Both the position numbers and the translations under genes were made by a program. This document shows, one piece after another, positions 29,365 to 36,378 of a stretch of 64,000 nucleotides of DNA. Every line of letters starts with the position of its first letter. Positions within the stretch are counted from its first letter, which is position 1. A model generated the notes under the pieces. That model worked only from the letters and a program-made list of their open reading frames with translations, did no database searches and had not been told where the DNA came from. The stretch is from an uncultured Corynebacterium sp. (GTDB taxonomy: Bacteria > Actinomycetota > Actinomycetes > Mycobacteriales > Mycobacteriaceae): NCBI GenBank assembly GCA_943914465.1, contig CALUCD010000006.1:67234-131233 (forward strand), given 5' to 3'.

Positions 29365-30495
29365 TTAATCCCACCCCATATCCCGGGTGCCGCCGGAGAG
29401 CAAGTGGTGGGACATGTGGGGGATGATGAAGTTCAGGTACCCGCGCTGCGGGCAGTACACCAGCTCGCGCTCAATCAAACCGTGGCGGGGCATCGAAAGA
29501 TCTCGTGGCTCCTTATTGAGACGCCCAGCAATCGCGCCGGTGGACACAGGTTTTTCTCCGTCCTGAAGTTCAGCCATTGCGCGGAGATATTCCATCTGCG
29601 AATTCGGGATGCCGGCCAGCGCGGGCTTGTGAATGAGCTGGCCGAGGGTGTCCAACACGTCCGGTGTGACCGCACGGAGGTCATCAGCACTGACGACGCC
29701 GTCGCGCCCGGCTGCTTGTTCGTAGAGGTGGTAACCCAGCAGCTGGATGAGGAATGGGTAGCCGCGGGTGAGCTTCACCGCGTCATCGAGCACTGTGCCC
29801 TCGAAAGTGAGCCCTCCCTTCTTCGCGGTTGTAGAGAGAATCTCGCGGGTTTCCTCCGGGCTTAGCGGCGTGAGGCTGAGCTGCTGAGCCCGTTGGAGGA
29901 ACGTTGCGCCGGGGTGGCGAAGCAGGTCGTGAATTCCAGCGGGCAGGCCGGCGGCGGCGAATGCGATCTGGCGGTTGTCGCGGCGCAGATCTTGGATGGT
30001 GGTTGCGAGCTCCCAAAGCTCTGCAGGGTCGATGCTTTGGACCTCGTCCACAGAAACAAGCACGCCCGATTCTGGGCCGATCACATCGCACAGCTCGTTG
30101 AGCGAGGTAATGAGCGACGGTGAAGACGAAATTTCCCCGTTTTGTTCGTTTTGTTTAGTTTCTGGGGTTGAAACCTTGTTCACCAACCCGATTTGACGCT
30201 TCGAACCTTCGCGTTTGAGCGCCGCGATGGTCTGCGGGATAACGGTGTCAACGAGTGGCTGAACGAGGTTGTGTGGTTGGGCGCGGAGCACAACCCAGCC
30301 GTGAGCTGCTGCCTCATCCTCAATGATGTTGAGCGTCACAGTCTTGCCAAATCCTTTTGGCCCCGAAATAAGTAGAGCTCGGCGGGGGTCTCCGATGCCG
30401 GAGTCCAGGCTTTTGCCGAAAGCGCTCACCAAATGCTCACGGCCTTTCAAGATGGCGGGGGACACGCCAAACGTTGGCGCGAACGGATTACTCAT
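29365..30495 (-). CDS. AAA+ ATPase of the archaeal-type/ORC-Cdc6-like (PF01637/AAA_16-like) family with a C-terminal winged-helix domain; function unknown, candidate defence-associated NTPase
   Basis: N-terminal F..GRE.L motif (FGVSPAILKGREHLVSAF), Walker A GPKGFGKT, Walker B VLVSVDEVQ, C-terminal wHTH-like region (YLRAMAEL...GAIAGRL...LIERELV). Start placed at the ATG at 30495 (GAAAGGA 9 nt upstream); the ORF-track start at 30552 is a TTG. An internal Q/N/E/S-rich insert is encoded by an AT-rich patch. Confidence 0.65.
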   Translation of the reverse strand: MSNPFAPTFGVSPAILKGREHLVSAFGKSLDSGIGDPRRALLISGPKGFGKTVTLNIIEDEAAAHGWVVLRAQPHNLVQPLVDTVIPQTIAALKREGSKRQIGLVNKVSTPETKQNEQNGEISSSPSLITSLNELCDVIGPESGVLVSVDEVQSIDPAELWELATTIQDLRRDNRQIAFAAAGLPAGIHDLLRHPGATFLQRAQQLSLTPLSPEETREILSTTAKKGGLTFEGTVLDDAVKLTRGYPFLIQLLGYHLYEQAAGRDGVVSADDLRAVTPDVLDTLGQLIHKPALAGIPNSQMEYLRAMAELQDGEKPVSTGAIAGRLNKEPRDLSMPRHGLIERELVYCPQRGYLNFIIPHMSHHLLSGGTRDMGWD

Positions 30496-30577
30496 CCCTG
30501 AATCGTCCTTTCTACGATTTGAGGGTTTAGAAACGTTAGATTCTTTAGACAAAGATCGCTAGCGCTCAGGAATCGTT

Positions 30578-30601
30578 ACAAATGTCGTTGAGGACATTTG
30601 T
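30578..30601. promoter_or_regulatory. Inverted repeat ACAAATGTC-GTTGAG-GACATTTGT, about 85-105 bp upstream of the ATPase start codon
   Basis: Seen directly: 9-bp perfect arms with a 6-bp spacer, in the AT-rich ATPase/Mrr divergent intergenic region. Candidate operator. Confidence 0.4.
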
Positions 30602-30862
30602 CAGAAATCGCCCGGTGGCCGGTCTTGAACAGCGGAAATGATGGATTTGGTCAGGCCTAGACCGGGGGGCAATTTTCCCCAGAGATAGCTGGGGGGACCC
30701 CGCAAAACTATAGTCTGTGACTAAGCTGTGCAAAGGCTCTCAATAAAATAAATATAGGTTGTATCAATCATTAGTAACGCCGAAGTTGTGTGGCCTTTTA
30801 ACGAAACAAGTGAATATGATTACCGGGCTCGGGCTTCGGTGACGGCCAGTGGCGTCTCCTTA

Positions 30863-31090
30863 TTACTGCTGCGTCGGCTTGGGCCAGACGAGCTCAAACG
30901 TCTCGCACTGTACGGCTGCAGCGAACTGCGGCGTGCCCTCGAGAAAGGGAGTCTGCTCGACCTTCACGGCCTTGATAATCGCGGCGGGCTCGCCTCGACC
31001 GTCGAGCACAACGCTACGTTCGTCAACCTGGATCGCCGGGTCACAGTGTCGGGTCGTACGAGTGGGCGAACTACCACAGAATGACACCAT
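30863..31090 (-). CDS. Possible small ORF (75 aa) in the ATPase/Mrr divergent intergenic region; hypothetical
   Basis: Codon-position GC by hand: pos1 about 64%, pos2 about 41%, pos3 about 78% for this minus-strand frame, which fits host coding statistics better than the overlapping plus-strand ORF. No recognisable domain and no clear RBS. Confidence 0.3.
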   Translation of the reverse strand: MVSFCGSSPTRTTRHCDPAIQVDERSVVLDGRGEPAAIIKAVKVEQTPFLEGTPQFAAAVQCETFELVWPKPTQQ

Positions 31091-31220
31091 TGCTATTCAT
31101 AGGAAGTTTTCGCTTATCGTCGCAATTCGTGGTGGTACCTTACCTAGAGCATCGGAGACTCTAAATTCCGCTGGTTAGAGAGCTTGTTACTTTGCTGTTA
31201 CTTGTTAGAAGGGGACCGGA

Positions 31221-32288
31221 ATGGACGTTGTTGGAATAATGGCAAAGTGCTGGGGAGTCAACACGGATAGCGTGGGGAACATCTCCGGGGAGGAGGGCAC
31301 GATCGCGATCGGCTGGGATGAGGTGGGCGACCTGCGCCAACTTGCGACGACCCGGGATGCGATCAAAAAGGCGCTTACCGCGAATGCGCCGCAGGAGACG
31401 CCACAACGCGCTGCCAGCGCGACGGGTGCGCTGTATAAATTCGCGCACGAAATGAAACCCGGCGACATTGTCGTCGTCTCGTCCAAGTACGATGGCGCAA
31501 TCAACATCGGGAAGGTCGCAGGCTCGTACTACTACGACTGTGAGGCAACCTCGAACCGGCATCGCAGGTCCGTTGAGTGGCTGCGGGTGGGTATCGCCCG
31601 GACCGTCTTCAGCCAAGCCGCGCTCTATGAATTCGGGTCTGCCCTTGCGGTCTTTCCCATCCGGAGCCACAAGGCTGAAGTAGAGGCCCTACTCAATAGT
31701 GAGTCTGAGGATTTGGACGCGATTTCCAAGTCGCTCGGCCAACTGACGTTCGATCTGGGAACGGAGGATGAGATCGCCGTTCCTTGTGCAGGGCAGGTAG
31801 AGCAACGAACTCGAGATTTTATTGTCGGCAAGCTCCAAGACGCGATCTCGCCCGCTGACTTCGAGCGGTTCATTGCAGACCTGGTGGGGTGTTTTGGCTA
31901 CCACGCGCGTGTGACGCGACAGGTGCACAGTGACACCGCGAGTGTTCTGGCCAGCAAGGATCCCCTTGGATTGGAATCCCCGCACATCGTCATCCGATTG
32001 GCGCAGCAGGTCAATGAGATCAGTAGTGCTGATATTGAGAGCGTCCTCGCCGCACAGGACGGACACGGTGCGCATAGTCTGCGCGAGGCCGATGAGTTGA
32101 ATGTGCTTGTGACTCTCGGCGGGTTTTCAGATGAGGCGTTGGCTATCGAACAGCAACGCCCGGGGGTGCGCTTACTTTCGGGGGAGGACGTCGCCCGCCT
32201 TGTCACTGAAGTTTATGATCGCCTCCCGCTGCGGTGGCAAACACTCATCCCGCTCCAACCAGTGCTCGCCGTCGCCGAAAACAGTTGA
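31221..32288 (+). CDS. Mrr-like restriction endonuclease: N-terminal putative modified-base reader domain (by-eye resemblance to an EVE-like fold; the least certain element) fused to a C-terminal Mrr-cat (PD-(D/E)xK) nuclease domain; predicted type IV modification-dependent restriction enzyme
   Basis: C-terminal half (about aa 205-340) matches the Mrr_cat pattern (FERFIADLVGCFGY, KDPLGLE, VLVTLGGFSDEA, RLLSGEDVARLV) and aligns by eye with E. coli Mrr. The N-terminal about 150 aa carry GDIVVVSSK and IGKVAGSYYYD motifs reminiscent of EVE-type folds, not the winged-helix Mrr_N. AGAAGGGG RBS lies 6 nt before the ATG. Confidence 0.7.
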   Translation: MDVVGIMAKCWGVNTDSVGNISGEEGTIAIGWDEVGDLRQLATTRDAIKKALTANAPQETPQRAASATGALYKFAHEMKPGDIVVVSSKYDGAINIGKVAGSYYYDCEATSNRHRRSVEWLRVGIARTVFSQAALYEFGSALAVFPIRSHKAEVEALLNSESEDLDAISKSLGQLTFDLGTEDEIAVPCAGQVEQRTRDFIVGKLQDAISPADFERFIADLVGCFGYHARVTRQVHSDTASVLASKDPLGLESPHIVIRLAQQVNEISSADIESVLAAQDGHGAHSLREADELNVLVTLGGFSDEALAIEQQRPGVRLLSGEDVARLVTEVYDRLPLRWQTLIPLQPVLAVAENS

Positions 32289-32296
32289 CAGGGCCA

Positions 32297-32728
32297 CTAG
32301 CTCTGAACAATTAATCCCAGATGGATGCTTTCCAGCTCGTGTTCACCCGGGCCGGCTGGGAGCGCTTGGAGCTCACGCGCCGTGGCGGGGGAGACGGGGA
32401 TGATCCATCCGCGTTTCGGGTCGAGCACTGGGTTCACGCCCGACCGTGATGGCGTGAACGTCACAGCGCGCTCGGCGGTGTCGCTGACGAGCTGGATGGC
32501 GCCACGCAGCTGTTGCAATGCAGCCAGCGCCGATGCTGTGGTGGTGATGATGACGAGTTTTTCATCAGTGTCCGGAGACAGGTTCGCGGTGTGTACGGCC
32601 AGTGTCTCAACGTGGACCTGCTCCACGCGGGTGGGGTATTCCACCAGTGTGTTTTGCTTCGCGGCTGCTCGGCGGCGGGCACCCATCAACCTGCGGATCC
32701 GATCCATGAAGGACTGTGTAAATGACAT
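32297..32728 (-). CDS. Hypothetical protein (about 143 aa)
   Basis: ORF with host-like composition and no domain I can recognise. Start placed at MSFTQSF; the ORF-track upstream extension looks non-coding. Confidence 0.35.
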   Translation of the reverse strand: MSFTQSFMDRIRRLMGARRRAAAKQNTLVEYPTRVEQVHVETLAVHTANLSPDTDEKLVIITTTASALAALQQLRGAIQLVSDTAERAVTFTPSRSGVNPVLDPKRGWIIPVSPATARELQALPAGPGEHELESIHLGLIVQS

Positions 32729-32773
32729 GGTCGGAAGTGTAGTGCGGCCAAGCGCAGGGCTTAGAGTGAACGC

Positions 32774-33913
32774 ATGGCAAAAATACCGGAGGGGACCTCG
32801 CACCGAGCGGAGCTGATCTTGCCGTATGGTGTCGGTGAGCTTCAGCTGGCCCAGCCGCGGGCGCACTTTGACGATCCGCTGGCACCAGGCCAGCGCCTGA
32901 CTCGTGCTGCCTGGAAGCTCGTGCTCAAACGAGTGGTGTCGGATTTCTCCAACGATGCGATGGTGGATCGCGGCGCGACGCTGACGTACTACACGGTGCT
33001 CTCGCTTGCACCCCTCCTGCTTGCGGTGTACTCAATTGTGGCGCTGGTATTGCCCCGGGAGGAGACATCGGTCAATGCGTTGTTGAGAGACCTTATCGGC
33101 AACTCTGTGCCGGCTGAGCTGCAACAAGAGACGCTGGGCCTTTTGCTGTCCATTATCGGCACACCGTCGCAGAGTACTGTGGCGCTTTCGGCGTCGGTGG
33201 TCATCTCGCTGCTGTCGGCCTCTGCATACGTACGCTCGTTTGCCCGCAACGCAAACCTTATCTATGGGCGTACGGAAGGGCGCAACATTGTGGTGACGTG
33301 GACGACGATGTGGATAATCACGCTCGTCATGGTGGTGGGAGCGGTCATCATCATCCTTGGTGCGTTACTCACCGATTCAATCGTGACGGCCGTGCTCGGC
33401 CCGATTGCGCGTCCGCTGCAGCTTGAAGCCGCCTTGGAATACCTCACTGGAATCTTCTTGCCGGTGTGGGCGTACGTACGGGTACCGGTGATTGTCATTA
33501 CTGCGATCGCGTTGATTTCTGTGCTGTATTACTTCGCGCCGAATGTGCGGCCGGGCCGGTTCCGGTTGCTGTCCTTGGGGGCAACGGTGGCGCTCCTTGT
33601 GATTGGCCTAATTTGGTTCGCTTTTGGCTGGTACCTCTCGGCGGTTGGTGTGCGATCGCCTTATGGAGCGTTTGGCACGGTGCTGGCAGTGTTGGCGCTG
33701 GTGTGGGTGATGAACATCGTGCTGCTCGAAGGCGTGAAAATCGACGCCGAGGTGCTTCGCGCCAAAGAACTGCAAGTCGGTATGGATTCAGCTTCGCTCA
33801 TCCAGGCGCCAGCGCGCTCGAATGAGGCAGTGAAGTTTCGTCTGCAGCTCGAGGCGTGGGCGCAGCGCTCGGTGCGGGAAATCCAAGCTCGCGTATCGCG
33901 CGATGAGGAGTAG
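32774..33913 (+). CDS. YihY/BrkB family inner-membrane protein (formerly annotated ribonuclease BN-like)
   Basis: TLTYYTVLSLAPLLL... and a six-TM profile typical of YihY family proteins. Confidence 0.7.
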   Translation: MAKIPEGTSHRAELILPYGVGELQLAQPRAHFDDPLAPGQRLTRAAWKLVLKRVVSDFSNDAMVDRGATLTYYTVLSLAPLLLAVYSIVALVLPREETSVNALLRDLIGNSVPAELQQETLGLLLSIIGTPSQSTVALSASVVISLLSASAYVRSFARNANLIYGRTEGRNIVVTWTTMWIITLVMVVGAVIIILGALLTDSIVTAVLGPIARPLQLEAALEYLTGIFLPVWAYVRVPVIVITAIALISVLYYFAPNVRPGRFRLLSLGATVALLVIGLIWFAFGWYLSAVGVRSPYGAFGTVLAVLALVWVMNIVLLEGVKIDAEVLRAKELQVGMDSASLIQAPARSNEAVKFRLQLEAWAQRSVREIQARVSRDEE

Positions 33914-33967
33914 GGTGGGCGATCACCCAAGCATTATTGCTTATCGACGACAGATTTAAGGAGCCCC

Positions 33968-34852
33968 ATGCCGCTCATTGACCCCCGTACGAAACACCCG
34001 TCTGACTTTGATTCAGAAGCCCGGCAGAAAAACCCGGGTCTGGATGTGAAGATGAGCACGGAACCGGATTTGGGGCTGTCATCCTACGAAGGCTCAGGCA
34101 AGCTGACCGGGCGCAAAGCTCTGATCACTGGTGGTGATTCGGGCATCGGTGCAGCCGTTGCGGTGGCGTTTGCGCGTGAAGGGGCAGATGTAGCGATCGC
34201 CTATCTGCCTGAGGAGCAGGAAGATGCTGATCGGATCTTGAGCGCGATCGAGGACGCTGGGCGTACCGCAGTCGGTATCCCAGGAGATCTGCGTGAGCTT
34301 TCCGTTTGTGAGGAGACGATCGCGACAGCAGTAGACAAGCTCGGCGGGTTGGACATCCTGGTCAACAACGCTTCACGTCAGGTGTGGCATGACGGGATTT
34401 CGAACATCTCCGACGAGGACTTTGACGCGACAATGAAGTCCAACATCTACGCCTCATTCCGGTTAACGAAGGAAGCGGTCAAACACATGCCTGCGGGGTC
34501 CTCCATCATCTTCTCCAGCTCAATTCAAGCGTATGACCCCTCGAAGGAGCTGCTGGATTACGCGGTTACAAAGGCGGCGATGAATAACCTGGCCAAGGGC
34601 CTTTCCGGTGAGTTGCTGCCGGATAAGGGCATTCGGGTCAACGCGGTCGCACCTGGGCCGATCTGGACGGTCATCCAGCCGGCAGAAGGCCAGCCGCAGG
34701 ATGTGGTGGATAGCTTCGGCAAGGGCTCCGATATGGGCCGACCTGGCCAGCCGGCAGAACTCGCAGGTGCCTACGTGTTCCTCGCATCCGAAGATGCCTC
34801 GTACATCACGGGTGAGACGTTGGGCGTGACCGGCGGAGCGCTCACGCCGTAG
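33968..34852 (+). CDS. SDR family NAD(P)-dependent oxidoreductase (YhxC/glucose-1-dehydrogenase-like)
   Basis: TGGDSGIG cofactor motif, NNAS, catalytic Y-x3-K region (YAVTKAA), C-terminal ASYITGETL. Confidence 0.8.
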   Translation: MPLIDPRTKHPSDFDSEARQKNPGLDVKMSTEPDLGLSSYEGSGKLTGRKALITGGDSGIGAAVAVAFAREGADVAIAYLPEEQEDADRILSAIEDAGRTAVGIPGDLRELSVCEETIATAVDKLGGLDILVNNASRQVWHDGISNISDEDFDATMKSNIYASFRLTKEAVKHMPAGSSIIFSSSIQAYDPSKELLDYAVTKAAMNNLAKGLSGELLPDKGIRVNAVAPGPIWTVIQPAEGQPQDVVDSFGKGSDMGRPGQPAELAGAYVFLASEDASYITGETLGVTGGALTP

Positions 34853-36288
34853 GCGCGGTTTGCTCGCGTGGTCAGCGCGACCCCCAGGCCGAGCACAAGG
34901 GGGACGAGACCGAGCGTCGCTAAGTACAAGCGCTCTGCAGCGGGATTGCCCGGGTCATAGAGCGCTGACGCGGTGCCTGCAAGTGAAGTGCCGATCGCCA
35001 TGGTGAGGAAGTAGAGCGCCGCAAACCGGGTGCGAAATGCTTCCGGGGCGTAGGCACCGGTAGATGACATGCCGACAGGCCCGATGCACAGCTCGCCAAG
35101 TGACATGCACAGTACACAGGATGCGAATGCGACCAGCGGCGTTGAATTCGCGCCCCCGCCAACCCACGGCATCAGGATGAACATTCCTCCACCGGCCAAA
35201 GCGAGGCCAAGGCCCATGGCCACCCGCCGCGGGGGAGAAAACCTAGCCATGAGCAGCGCAACCGGTACGGAAAACACGAGGATATACAGCGGGTTGAGCG
35301 ATTGGGTCCACGCCGCAGGGATGGTGTACTCACCCACTGTGCGGTCAAGGCGCTGGTCCGAATAGACAGCGAACACGCCAGCAGTCTGGGCGAACAGTGC
35401 CCAGTACGCGGTGGAGCAGACAAACAGAGGAATGAACCCTTGTACTCGCTTGCGCTCTTGTGCGCTGACTTGGCCGGACGTGAGTACTTGCGCGAACAAG
35501 CCGAGTGCTGCCGCAACGGTAAGCACGAGCAGGCCAGAGACCACCGTATCGGGGTGCAGCATCCCGTTACCCATGAACCCGAGCACCGCTGCGATGCTAG
35601 CTCCGATGGTGCCAATCACGCCGATCGCGCGCGATATTGCGATGGGCTGGGCCGGCCGGTTGATGTCCTCGTGGCGCAACACTGCCCGCACGCGGCTTCG
35701 CAGTGTGAGGTAAAAGATCACCCCGATGACCATCAGCACCGCGGCAGCAGCGAAACCGGCGTGGTAGCCGTATCGCTGCGCGAGCCAGCCAGTAGTCAGC
35801 GGCCCGCAGAGCGCACCGACGTTGATGCCGAGGTAGAAGAATTGGAACGCCGCGTCACGCCTGCCGCTGTGTGCGCCCTGGTGTGCAGGAAAGGCGAGGC
35901 CGAGCAGGGTAATCGCAGCTGTTTTGAGCAACCCTGAGCCCATTGCGACAGCCAACAGCCCGGCACCTAACCCGGCGTAGCCAGGCAGAATTGCAAGCAT
36001 GAGGTGCCCGCTGACCAGCAGCCCACAGCCGGTGAGCAACGTGCGCTCGGCGCCGAGCAGCCGGTCACCGACCCAGCCGCCAGCGTAGGTGAACAGGTAG
36101 AGACAGGCCCCATAGGCGCCGACAAGCGCGGTCGCTTGTTGCTCCGGCATGCCCAGGTCCTGGTACAGGTAGTACACCAAAATGGCTTGCACGCCGTAAA
36201 AGCTGAACCGCTCCCAGGCTTCCACCCCGGCAAGGGCGGTGACGACAGGCCGGTGATCCTCGGTTGAACGGTGTTCAATTTCGCGCAT
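34771..36288 (-). CDS. POT/PTR2 family proton-dependent di/tripeptide transporter
   Basis: PTR2 signature ERFSFYGVQAILVYYL near the N-terminus and a 12-14 TM profile. Start at MREIEH (36288); the ORF-track continuation to 37056 is antisense to bioA and rejected. Confidence 0.7.
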   Translation of the reverse strand: MREIEHRSTEDHRPVVTALAGVEAWERFSFYGVQAILVYYLYQDLGMPEQQATALVGAYGACLYLFTYAGGWVGDRLLGAERTLLTGCGLLVSGHLMLAILPGYAGLGAGLLAVAMGSGLLKTAAITLLGLAFPAHQGAHSGRRDAAFQFFYLGINVGALCGPLTTGWLAQRYGYHAGFAAAAVLMVIGVIFYLTLRSRVRAVLRHEDINRPAQPIAISRAIGVIGTIGASIAAVLGFMGNGMLHPDTVVSGLLVLTVAAALGLFAQVLTSGQVSAQERKRVQGFIPLFVCSTAYWALFAQTAGVFAVYSDQRLDRTVGEYTIPAAWTQSLNPLYILVFSVPVALLMARFSPPRRVAMGLGLALAGGGMFILMPWVGGGANSTPLVAFASCVLCMSLGELCIGPVGMSSTGAYAPEAFRTRFAALYFLTMAIGTSLAGTASALYDPGNPAAERLYLATLGLVPLVLGLGVALTTRANRAYGVSAPPVTPNVSPVMYEASSDARNT

Positions 36289-36354
36289 ACTAGCGCATAG
36301 TAGGCAACACGCAGCGCTGCGGCTGCTGATAGGCTCAGGTTCCGAACTTGGACT

Positions 36355-36367
36355 TGAACAGCGTTCA
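36355..36367. promoter_or_regulatory. BioQ-type operator-like palindrome TGAAC-AGC-GTTCA overlapping the bioA ribosome-binding site
   Basis: Seen directly: perfect TGAACnnnGTTCA, 12 bp upstream of the bioA GTG start and directly abutting AGGAGG. Matches, from memory, the palindrome reported for the TetR-type biotin regulator BioQ in Corynebacterium/Mycobacterium. Confidence 0.5.
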
Positions 36368-36378
36368 GGAGGCGGAGC

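Noticed and set aside
30788-31084. 98-aa plus-strand ORF in the ATPase/Mrr spacer
   Set aside because: Codon-position GC (pos1 about 78%, pos3 about 64%) is inverted relative to real genes here. The overlapping minus-strand frame fits better, and even that is low confidence.
31221-31700. Assigning the Mrr-like N-terminal domain to the standard Mrr_N winged helix
   Set aside because: The sequence lacks the helix-rich Mrr_N pattern and instead shows beta-strand-like hydrophobic runs with aromatic/Gly motifs. I therefore describe it as a possible EVE-like reader, but this remains a by-eye call needing HHpred.
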